50,366 bases of DNA from a virus (Duplodnaviria; Caudoviricetes). Location of the stretch: IMG/VR virus record IMGVR_UViG_3300011258_000154, positions 1-50,366 of that record; one strand, written 5' to 3'. Made by a program: the position numbers and the translations under genes. Of the stretch, positions 42,795 through 50,366 are shown one piece after another. A model generated the notes under the pieces. It was not told the origin of the DNA, did no database searches, and saw only the letters and a program-made list of their open reading frames with translations. Numbering within the stretch: the first letter of the stretch is position 1; every line of letters begins with the position of its first letter.

Positions 42795-44654
42795 TTTGCC
42801 CTCTTTCGATAACAGCCAGATTTGACCTTGGTTCATACAGATAAAATCACCTGAAATCATAGCCTCCAAAGTCTGCTTCCACGCGCTTCTATGGTTCGAT
42901 CCAGTGAACTTCCCAGTGAAGTGTTCACGCACATCTTCCTCCTGAATGACCCAGTAAGTATGCGGCTCTGGCCACCCAGTTCCTGCTGGGTTTGGTTGCC
43001 CAACTTTATCTGACTTGAGTTGATTAAAGCACTCCAAGAACAGCCTCTGGTTCTTACCTTTGGGTTGCTTCTTCTTCGCATCCTCCAGTTCCTCAGCGTC
43101 AACCTTCTGAATGATCACAGTCGTAATGTCATCGCCATCTGGATCAACACCAAGAACTGAGACGTTCAGCCTGAATGAGTATGCCGCACCACCCTCTAAA
43201 TCTCTTTGCTTCGTGCAGAGTGCTGTTCTGATACCACTCTCATTCTGAACGTCCAGTTCTATCTCAGTGTCGAGTGCCGCCTTCAATGCACTCGAACCAC
43301 GCGCTCCCTTAGCGGCATCTTTGCCTGTATGATGCACTATCATAAGGTGAGCGTTCGAGATGTTCCTGAGTATATCACAGTTCTTTATGAATTGCGACAT
43401 ATCTTCCGATGTATTTTCATTAGCCCCTGCCATTGCTCTGGACAGTGTATCCACAACAATCAGGGCAATCTCGCCCTTCTCATTGCGAATCTCATTGCAT
43501 AAGTTCTCCAAGGTGGGCAGATCAACGTCACTGTTAAACATATCGACAGGACTTGGCCTGACGGCTAACAGTGCGTTCTCATCTCCGTAATGCTCTTTCA
43601 GGGCGTAAACTCTATTCCTGAAGCTATTGCCACCCTCTGTGGCCATGTACAGCACAACACCCTCGACAACTTTGTTTCCGTTCCACTCTCTGCCAGTGGC
43701 AATGTGCCAAGACATATCTAGGGCTAGGAAAGACTTACCAGTGTTGGAGGCTCCGTAAAGACAGCTCAGTTGATTTGCACCGAGCCAGTTCTTTATCAGG
43801 TAATTGTTTGTGAGGATTGGCTCTGCATCGTCAGCCCAGAATACACTATCCTGAAATCTTCTTGGCGTTAGAAACTTCTGCACAACTTCTGCACCTCGCG
43901 CAACCCACAGATCATTGTAATCCATATTCTTCGGTGGGAGCATGTAGGTCGTGCCGTGATCTTCCTTCGCCTTCTCAGCTCCCTTGATCCCTGCCTCATC
44001 ATTATCGGCACACACAATAAACTCTGCGTGTGGCTTGGCGATCTTCAGGGATTTAATAACTTCCGTAATGTTGTTGGCGTTTAACGCAAACACGGCAGGC
44101 TTGCCTGTGGCCTCACTGATAGACGCGGCAGTCGCCCAACCTTCAGCAATATACGCCAAGTCTGTAATCGTTCCACCAAGGACGCTGAAGTTACCAACGA
44201 CTGGCATGGCCTTCGAGAACTTCTTGTTTCCCTCAGAACTAATCGTCTGAGTTCCGACCTTCTTTCCCATGTGATTGTTAATTGGAATGACGAGGTTACC
44301 ACCATCGATCAGTGCGTTATGCTGTGCGATCTTCTTCTTGGCCAAGTAAGGATGTTGAGTTGAGACACTCGGCCACTCTATTTCCTTAGTGGTAAAACCG
44401 TTTTCCCTCTCTGGCCACAATCCCTGTGAACGTAAAATATTCGTAATCTCCTTGAAGTCATTGCACTGTCTGCACTGAACCTTCACATCTCCGTTATACT
44501 CATTAATCCAGAACCTATCCTTGCCACCGCAATTTGGACACGCCCCATGATACTCTCCCTGTGTAACCTGCTTCAAGTTTAAACTCTGAACGATCGTACT
44601 CGACCACTCTGACCAACGCGCTGATTTGTATTTTCCTTTACTATCGTCTATCAT
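42789..44654 (-). CDS. primase-helicase (Zn finger + TOPRIM + RepA/AAA_25 helicase + C-terminal domain)
   Basis: GACPNCGGKDRFWI..CRQC, AEGWATA, ADND..G, YGASNTGKSF Walker A, IVVDTLSR Walker B, VHHTGKD..RGSS; ATG 44654 with GAGG preferred over TTG 44672. Confidence 0.92.
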   Translation of the reverse strand: MIDDSKGKYKSARWSEWSSTIVQSLNLKQVTQGEYHGACPNCGGKDRFWINEYNGDVKVQCRQCNDFKEITNILRSQGLWPERENGFTTKEIEWPSVSTQHPYLAKKKIAQHNALIDGGNLVIPINNHMGKKVGTQTISSEGNKKFSKAMPVVGNFSVLGGTITDLAYIAEGWATAASISEATGKPAVFALNANNITEVIKSLKIAKPHAEFIVCADNDEAGIKGAEKAKEDHGTTYMLPPKNMDYNDLWVARGAEVVQKFLTPRRFQDSVFWADDAEPILTNNYLIKNWLGANQLSCLYGASNTGKSFLALDMSWHIATGREWNGNKVVEGVVLYMATEGGNSFRNRVYALKEHYGDENALLAVRPSPVDMFNSDVDLPTLENLCNEIRNEKGEIALIVVDTLSRAMAGANENTSEDMSQFIKNCDILRNISNAHLMIVHHTGKDAAKGARGSSALKAALDTEIELDVQNESGIRTALCTKQRDLEGGAAYSFRLNVSVLGVDPDGDDITTVIIQKVDAEELEDAKKKQPKGKNQRLFLECFNQLKSDKVGQPNPAGTGWPEPHTYWVIQEEDVREHFTGKFTGSNHRSAWKQTLEAMISGDFICMNQGQIWLLSKEGKV

Positions 44655-44684
44655 AATATTGCCGCCTCGCAAAAAAATGGTGGT

Positions 44685-44727
44685 GTTCAGCCCAGTAGAA
44701 AATCCTTTCCTCAGAACTGGGCTGAAC
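44685..44727. promoter_or_regulatory. 12-bp perfect hairpin between ssb and primase-helicase
   Basis: GTTCAGCCCAGT-19 nt-ACTGGGCTGAAC; T7 run 7 nt downstream on the minus strand. Confidence 0.6.
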
Positions 44728-44738
44728 TTTAAATTTAC

Positions 44739-45350
44739 TTAAAATGGAATCTCATCATCATCTAATAAGTCTTCCACTGGGGCAGGAGCCGATACAAATG
44801 TACTATCCGTTGTGTACCCATCCACAACGCTAAATGGATCAGCCGCCACCTGTTCAGCCGCAAGTTCCGTAACTTGAACAGCGCGTATCCTCAGGGATAC
44901 ACCGCTCTCCGTTCCCGTATTGTAGGGAACGACAGTCACGGCAATGTTTGCCTTTGAACCTGACGTTAACCTGAAATCACTTGGAAAAGGATTTCTCTTG
45001 GCATCAACCTGTTTAGGTTGCTGAGTTTTATCAGAGCCGTACTTGGCCTTGATACGGCACTTGCCGTGATACTCAGTCGTTCCGTCATCTGTCTTGACAG
45101 TCTTGGCAGGTAGACGTTGCGGTTCCGCAGGCCACTTACCCTTTCCCATCGAAGCCGCATTCTTATACGCCTCCTTACAGATTCTTCCTAACGTAACTGC
45201 CTCGTCTTTCTCCATGACGAAACTTGTTTCATAGCAAGCTCCCTCATCATCCCACTGACATGGAACGGACTTATTCTCACCACTGTCAAAGCGGTAAGGT
45301 TGGTTAAGTCTTGGGTAAAGAACAGAGACATTATTTATTATATGTTGCAT
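44739..45350 (-). CDS. ssb: single-stranded DNA-binding protein (T7 gp2.5-like type)
   Basis: YPRL, VDAKR, LTSGS..N, GVSLRIRAVQV.EL, acidic DDDEIPF tail; start moved to ATG 45350 (AAAGGAG RBS). Confidence 0.8.
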   Translation of the reverse strand: MQHIINNVSVLYPRLNQPYRFDSGENKSVPCQWDDEGACYETSFVMEKDEAVTLGRICKEAYKNAASMGKGKWPAEPQRLPAKTVKTDDGTTEYHGKCRIKAKYGSDKTQQPKQVDAKRNPFPSDFRLTSGSKANIAVTVVPYNTGTESGVSLRIRAVQVTELAAEQVAADPFSVVDGYTTDSTFVSAPAPVEDLLDDDEIPF

Positions 45351-45424
45351 GGTGCAACTCCTTTCGGTTTTAATGTGTAGCACCCCTACACTGGGATAAG
45401 GTCAGAAGCTCCGTGACTTCCGCT

Positions 45425-46201
45425 TTAATTTTCCATCCACTTAGGTAAGTCGATGGTATTTACTTCAGGCCAGCCTGTTGAATAATCTTGAGTAACATCA
45501 GCCTCCCGTATTGTCTTTAACGTGTTTATCATTCGCATGTGAGCGTGGTTTAAATATTCGTCCGACAATGTGTGAACTTGCACTATAAACGGATTTGTCT
45601 TCTCAATGCAAATGAAAAAGAAATCTTTTACTGTCACGCCCTCTAAGTGCATAACATGCTTGTAAAATGCCGCCTGAATATCATACCCATAGTCACGCAC
45701 TGCCTTGGCAAAACCTTTGGGCGATGCATCCTGACATGTCTTAATATCAAACATTATGCGCTTGTGTGGCAGTAATCCATCTGGCCGACACTTCAAATCT
45801 AGCTCACATACCTTGTCGTGAACAAAGAAACTGGCCTCAGTAATGAGTAGACTATCCGTCAACATCTCATTTACATTCTCAGTAAACATAGCAGACTGGC
45901 TCATGTTCTCGGCCAAGTGATATTCCTTTTTGGGAAGTAGGATCTTGCCAGCAAGATCAGCGGCATCTTTAAGATCTTTCCAGTCCTTACCTCTGCGAGT
46001 TTCTGGGCCTTCAATAACTAAGTTCTTTTCAGGCTCAAGTAGCATGGCGTGGACTGCACTTCCTAAATCAAATGCGGCACTCTCTTTTCGCACCGCATTC
46101 TTCCAGTGGTAAATTGTCGATGTTGCAACGGCCTTTACATCGCTAGATGAATAAGAAGCATGTTCGTGATACTCCTTGTTGCTCAGATCTTTATCTATCA
46201 T
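45425..46201 (-). CDS. RecE/exonuclease VIII-like PD-(D/E)xK nuclease (DUF3799 type)
   Basis: YH..SSS..K, LGSAVHAMLLEPE, KCRPD, DIKT..DAS..F..YGYDIQAAFY, EKT.P. Confidence 0.9.
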   Translation of the reverse strand: MIDKDLSNKEYHEHASYSSSDVKAVATSTIYHWKNAVRKESAAFDLGSAVHAMLLEPEKNLVIEGPETRRGKDWKDLKDAADLAGKILLPKKEYHLAENMSQSAMFTENVNEMLTDSLLITEASFFVHDKVCELDLKCRPDGLLPHKRIMFDIKTCQDASPKGFAKAVRDYGYDIQAAFYKHVMHLEGVTVKDFFFICIEKTNPFIVQVHTLSDEYLNHAHMRMINTLKTIREADVTQDYSTGWPEVNTIDLPKWMEN

Positions 46202-46488
46202 TTAAAAAAATCCTTAAAGAATTTAACAATCGACTTTACCAAATTGCTTTCTGGGGTTTCTATTTTTACATCACCATTGGAATCCACAGTGTATGTATCC
46301 TCAATGATCACCTTCTCTGGGGAAGTATCCTCATGGTGGTAATCGAAGATCTGACTTGGCCTCTTATGCTTTAAGACATAATCAATTTGTGACCACTTCA
46401 GTTTTCTCTTGGCGGCAATCTCAGGCCGAGACAATCCGTCAACCGAATCATCCCAGATCTCGTCTACGAGTTTCTGTGTGTACCTCAT
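46198..46488 (-). CDS. small HTH-like protein
   Basis: GLSRPEIAAKRKLKWSQIDYVL resembles a helix-turn-helix. Confidence 0.6.
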   Translation of the reverse strand: MRYTQKLVDEIWDDSVDGLSRPEIAAKRKLKWSQIDYVLKHKRPSQIFDYHHEDTSPEKVIIEDTYTVDSNGDVKIETPESNLVKSIVKFFKDFFK

Positions 46489-46508
46489 TTATATCCTACT
46501 TTCTGTTA

Positions 46509-47066
46509 TTATATTAAATTAAATGAGAAAGATATTCTCTCTTCATCTTTGTTCATATTAGGCCTTACTGAGTGCATTAACCAACTAGGAAATAAATATA
46601 ATACACCCTCCACCGCTGGCATCCACCAAAATAAAGATGTGTAATTATTATTCGGTCTACTTAAATCCGATTGCTGTAGTACATGATAAGCTGGGCTGTG
46701 AAACTCAATCTCGCCACAATTCTCAGGAGTTTTAACATAATAAACCCCCGATACTTTTGAATGAGGATGGCAGTGCAATTGATTAAAGTCTTTATATGAA
46801 TTTATATTACACCATATATTAGAAAATCCTACTTCACCGTAAGCAATTTTTTCTGAATATAAATTTGCATGTGAAGAAATTTCCTCCATAAGTTCTTTTA
46901 TATTCTCGTCATTCTTATCTAAATTCTCAGAATGAAATCCACCTCGGTTAGAAATGCTAACGCCATCTTGTTTCTGCTTAATATCAAAACAATATTTTTT
47001 TAACTCTTCATTGTTTAATGGGAGTTGCTCTGCGTAAATACCAATTTTGAATAAGTCATGTATCAT
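46509..47066 (-). CDS. 2OG-Fe(II) oxygenase (TIGR02466-like)
   Basis: SNRGGFHS, WCNIN, HCHPHSKVSGVYYV, FPSWLMHSV.PN, RISFSFN. Confidence 0.9.
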   Translation of the reverse strand: MIHDLFKIGIYAEQLPLNNEELKKYCFDIKQKQDGVSISNRGGFHSENLDKNDENIKELMEEISSHANLYSEKIAYGEVGFSNIWCNINSYKDFNQLHCHPHSKVSGVYYVKTPENCGEIEFHSPAYHVLQQSDLSRPNNNYTSLFWWMPAVEGVLYLFPSWLMHSVRPNMNKDEERISFSFNLI

Positions 47067-47240
47067 CTAAACAAACTCCGTTTTTGGATGATCTAGCAAT
47101 TTTGATATTTTGCGCTGTATCCTGATTCTTTCAGCCCTTTGTGAATTAGCAGGATCAAGAGGGTTCTCTGGCATCCAAAGGCTTTCTAATGCGTCACTGA
47201 TAAAGTTAAGCTCCACATCATTAAATCTTACTTCATCCAT
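47067..47240 (-). CDS. hypothetical protein
   Basis: Start moved to MDEVRFNDVELNFI, 1 nt after the RHH stop. Confidence 0.6.
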   Translation of the reverse strand: MDEVRFNDVELNFISDALESLWMPENPLDPANSQRAERIRIQRKISKLLDHPKTEFV

Positions 47241-47241
47241 A

Positions 47242-47415
47242 CTAATACCCAAGCCCCTCAAGATATTCCTTGACAGCCATCTCAACAATAGCCGTTTTAG
47301 AAATACGAGTCTTGACCCAGTGAGCGTCTAGCTTATCCCAGACATCTGCCCTAAGTCGAACACCCAGTTGCTTATACTCGAAGCCTTCAACTCCTTTACG
47401 TTCATCTTTATCCAT
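47242..47415 (-). CDS. ribbon-helix-helix (Arc/CopG/MetJ-type) transcription regulator, 57 aa (not in ORF track)
   Basis: KQLGVRL (beta ribbon) - ADVWDKLDAHWVKT (helix A) - ISKTAIVEMAVKEYL (helix B); AAAGGAG RBS. Confidence 0.82.
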   Translation of the reverse strand: MDKDERKGVEGFEYKQLGVRLRADVWDKLDAHWVKTRISKTAIVEMAVKEYLEGLGY

Positions 47416-47442
47416 TACTCTCTCCTTTTAATAGTAAATATA

Positions 47443-47471
47443 TAACTAATGATAGCAATTATATTAGTCAA
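47443..47471 (-). promoter_or_regulatory. promoter-like element P6 upstream of the RHH gene
   Basis: TTGACT-AATATAATTGCTATCAT-TAGTTA; carries the same TAATTGCTAT box as P3/P4. Confidence 0.6.
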
Positions 47472-47923
47472 GCTCGTTCTTGAAAGTTTATGATATTATC
47501 TCCACTAACTTTGATAGCGTCTCTTTTCATAAGAATTTGAGCCAGTTCCTCCCAGTTCTCCTTCTTGAAGTTTCCAGAGTGAAACCAAGTTAGTAAGTTC
47601 ATAAACTCTTGTATTGTGGGTTTGCCGTAAAGTGATTCGGCATCGGCAACTAATCCAGTAAACTCTTTGCCTATTCGGATTAGAACCCATGAGTTGCCAC
47701 CTTGCTCTCGGTATTGTTTATTCCACATCATTTGATTTAACATTAAACCTGAAGCAAATCTCTTGCTCGGCCACTTGGCTAAATACTTTAATTCGATCCA
47801 ACCTGACTGGCCATTGCGAATGTAATGAACGTCAGGCATTCCTCGCATCACAGAGTTCTCTACTCGGTGCATGTTCACAGGACAATTATCCCTGACTAAG
47901 TTCCAGAAGTTTTTCTCACTCAT
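47468..47923 (-). CDS. PD-(D/E)xK nuclease (VRR-NUC/resolvase-like)
   Basis: MSEKNFW..RVEN....GMPDV..GWIELK..Q..W....GG. Confidence 0.8.
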   Translation of the reverse strand: MSEKNFWNLVRDNCPVNMHRVENSVMRGMPDVHYIRNGQSGWIELKYLAKWPSKRFASGLMLNQMMWNKQYREQGGNSWVLIRIGKEFTGLVADAESLYGKPTIQEFMNLLTWFHSGNFKKENWEELAQILMKRDAIKVSGDNIINFQERA

Positions 47924-48963
47924 TATCTGTTACCTATTTTCTTTTTTGTATATGGGATCGCACCTATAACTTTAATTTTAGGAACCTTTCCAGTGTAATG
48001 CTCTACATCTTTTTGATACAAAAGTTCATTGGAGGCATAGGCATTCCACGCTTTAATGAGCAACTCATTTCTCATTGATGGATCAAATTTATATTTTGTT
48101 TCAAAGACAAGTTTCATTTCACTCTTAATCTTATTAATAAGTCTCTTAACAGGAAAATTTGGGTTCCAGTTTTGAGGATGTTCATTTGATAGATCATTAA
48201 AAAAACTTTGTATTGCCGCAGAGCTTTGTGAATTTCCTGCCTTTAAAACACTAAATGCTAAACATCTTGCGCCTGCCCACTGCCCTCCATTAACAATTAG
48301 ATTTTTTGATGTATTCTTAGTTATCCTAATAGCTTCTTGAAGAGCGTTCTTTTGAGTTTCAGACAATCCAAACAAGTAAAACAATTTTGCAAAATACTGA
48401 GCATCATGTGTGCTTGCTCTAGTCGTTAAAGCAATATACTTTTCGTCTACCTCTTTCCAATCATTCGGATTGTTTAAACCAAACCACTTTCTGTGTAGTG
48501 CAATCATGGGAGATATTTTCGTAGGGTTTGCAACACCCATAGCATAAAATATATCCTTATCTTTTTTTAGCATACCTGTATCTATTGTTGAAAATGCCTC
48601 TGGGTCTATACCTGCAACAAAGTGCTGATTAGGAATAGATATTCCCGTATTGGCAATAGCATGAAGTCTGTGTTGACCATCTTGCAAACTTCCAAACCAA
48701 TCAAATCTAATTGGATCTCCGTTAACTGCAAAATGATTATTCTTTATTTTTAATTCGTATTCTTTAACGTGAAGAGGATCTAGTGGCCTATTAAGTTTAG
48801 ACTCAGGGTGAGGTTTCCGATTTAAAAGATACCTTGCGCCCTCTGGCGTTAAACTAGGAACAAAATAAACATCATATGTTTCACCACTAGATATTTTTCT
48901 CATCATCTCTGGGTCTAAGCCGCCCGTCCACTCATTAATATTTTTTGTCTTTAAGTTATTCAT
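47923..48963 (-). CDS. DGQHR/ParB-like domain protein
   Basis: LTPE.A..LL..NRPL..NGDPIRFD..LQDGQHRLHAI..F.TIDTG. Confidence 0.8.
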   Translation of the reverse strand: MNNLKTKNINEWTGGLDPEMMRKISSGETYDVYFVPSLTPEGARYLLNRKPHPESKLNRPLDPLHVKEYELKIKNNHFAVNGDPIRFDWFGSLQDGQHRLHAIANTGISIPNQHFVAGIDPEAFSTIDTGMLKKDKDIFYAMGVANPTKISPMIALHRKWFGLNNPNDWKEVDEKYIALTTRASTHDAQYFAKLFYLFGLSETQKNALQEAIRITKNTSKNLIVNGGQWAGARCLAFSVLKAGNSQSSAAIQSFFNDLSNEHPQNWNPNFPVKRLINKIKSEMKLVFETKYKFDPSMRNELLIKAWNAYASNELLYQKDVEHYTGKVPKIKVIGAIPYTKKKIGNR

Positions 48964-50366
48964 TATTCTTCCTCCATAAAAATTGACATTGGATCTTTGG
49001 TTACAATATCTGCGATAGACTTCTTTGTTCGCAGTGCTTGGATTATTTTACTGTCGATTGACTTGCGGCACTCAATATCAATGTAGGTCACATTTTTCTC
49101 TGTGCCTATTCTGTGCGCCCTGTCTTCTGACTGCATACGCTCCTCCAAGTTAAAGCTGTTCGAATAGTAAATCGCATACTCAGCCTTGTTGAGCGTAATA
49201 CCAATTCCACCTGCCTGTGGATTTGATATAAAATACTTTACATCGGGGTCATTCTGAAATTTATGTACGGCAAGCTCTCTGTCGTCATTAGAGACATCTC
49301 CGTGGTAACTTACCGCCTCAGAGCCTAATAGCTTCTCTATGGCTCTTAAATCGGCTTTAAACCGCGCCCAGATGATTGTCTTACCACTGATATTGCCTAG
49401 CACCTCTCTCAATGCCTCAATGCGTGGGTTTACTTTATCAATCGGAATAGATGAATCTTCGGTTGGAAACCAACCACATAATATCTGTTGTAGCCTGAGA
49501 AGCCGTGTAATCGCCTCTGGAACCTCTATCATGTTTCCCTCAAGCTCTGCGACAAAAGATTTCTTTAGCTCTTTGTAGAGCTTGCTCTGAGCCGCAGACA
49601 TCTCAACGTAGTGGCGTTGGTATATCTTCTCAGGCAAATCCAAGCACTCACTCTTCAGAACTCTGAAGCTGTACTTGCCAAGACGCTCGGTCAGTTCATC
49701 CATATTTTGGTAGCCGACAATCTGCTTGTTCTTAAATCCACCCATCACACAGTACCTCTCCTTAAACTTGTAGAGCGATTTCGCCTCAAGAATATCAGGG
49801 TTAAGAAATTTAAATTGGGCGAAGACATCCTCAGCACCTTTGGTCACTGGCGTACCTGTTAAGATTCTCTTGGCTATCACATTCGGATGTTTGCCAAACT
49901 TCGTAATCATCTTGGTGCGCTTCGAACTCGGTGTCTTTATACGACTACTCTCATCGACAACCATTAGCACCTTGCTCTTCTTCAGGGCTGTCATCATATG
50001 TTTCTGAGCCGTTACAGATGTAAATGCCTCCACGTTAAATGCGAAGATCTTTAATCCGTCATACTCCAGAACTTCATTGAACTCATCGATTTGCTTCTTC
50101 TTCATTTGAGATGAATAGAATGTCGCCCTGTACTCACAGGCCATGTGAGTTGGAACCTCATTGTTGACCCAATTCCTGTGGACACCATTCGGGGCAATAA
50201 CAATCACTGTGTCGATTGCCTTGTTCTCGTAAAGATATGCGGCAGTGTCGATTATGACTTTAGTCTTGCCAGTGCCTTGCTCCATGAGAAGTGCAAAGCC
50301 TTTCCTCTTCTTGCTAAGATCAAATGCCTTCATTTGGTGGGCGAATGGTTTTGTTTTAAACTTCAT
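48963..50366 (-). CDS. SNF2-family helicase
   Basis: MEQGTGKT (I), VVDESSRIK (II), ILTGTP (III), IIWARF, GITL, QSEDRAHRIG (VI). Confidence 0.95.
   Translation of the reverse strand: MKFKTKPFAHQMKAFDLSKKRKGFALLMEQGTGKTKVIIDTAAYLYENKAIDTVIVIAPNGVHRNWVNNEVPTHMACEYRATFYSSQMKKKQIDEFNEVLEYDGLKIFAFNVEAFTSVTAQKHMMTALKKSKVLMVVDESSRIKTPSSKRTKMITKFGKHPNVIAKRILTGTPVTKGAEDVFAQFKFLNPDILEAKSLYKFKERYCVMGGFKNKQIVGYQNMDELTERLGKYSFRVLKSECLDLPEKIYQRHYVEMSAAQSKLYKELKKSFVAELEGNMIEVPEAITRLLRLQQILCGWFPTEDSSIPIDKVNPRIEALREVLGNISGKTIIWARFKADLRAIEKLLGSEAVSYHGDVSNDDRELAVHKFQNDPDVKYFISNPQAGGIGITLNKAEYAIYYSNSFNLEERMQSEDRAHRIGTEKNVTYIDIECRKSIDSKIIQALRTKKSIADIVTKDPMSIFMEEE

Noticed and set aside
28814-49862. Plus-strand and nested alternative-frame ORFs across the packaging and replication regions, including 42061-42255
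   Set aside because: They overlap confident genes or regulatory elements and have no credible start; 42061-42255 runs backwards through a terminator
42789-50366. Absence of a DNA polymerase or integrase as a biological feature
   Set aside because: The window stops exactly at the helicase ATG and is truncated at the left, so such genes may lie outside it

Overview
This window is most of the genome of a tailed dsDNA phage with a podovirus-like gene set: portal, adaptor, nozzle and ejection proteins, with no tape-measure or sheath gene. The gene content resembles uncultured marine phages of Alphaproteobacteria, but the host is an inference. Almost all genes are on the minus strand. From the right end they run: replication/recombination (SNF2 helicase, DGQHR/ParB-like protein, PD-(D/E)xK nuclease, RHH regulator, RecE-like exonuclease, SSB, primase-helicase), a small-gene early island (40.3-42.1 kb), terminases and portal, small basic and putative virion-cargo genes, a second early island on the plus strand (25.1-28.7 kb, includes ardC), GroES/scaffold/capsid, tail, lysis, ejection proteins and secreted proteins. 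No DNA polymerase, integrase, tRNA or CRISPR array was seen, and the window is cut at both ends. The most interesting signal is non-coding. Both early islands reuse the same parts: a sigma70-like promoter with a 10-bp-period TGCT repeat, a GGGGAGC/GCTCCCC hairpin, and the leader GGGAGAAACAAAATG (six exact copies). A ~96-nt structured, terminator-ended element at 42077-42172 carries the exact antisense of that leader in a predicted unpaired segment. It is a candidate trans-acting sRNA that could silence the whole early gene set at once. Two related GTATGAA iteron/palindrome clusters (about 25.0 and 42.7 kb) flank the two islands. All protein calls come from motif recognition by eye, not from database searches.
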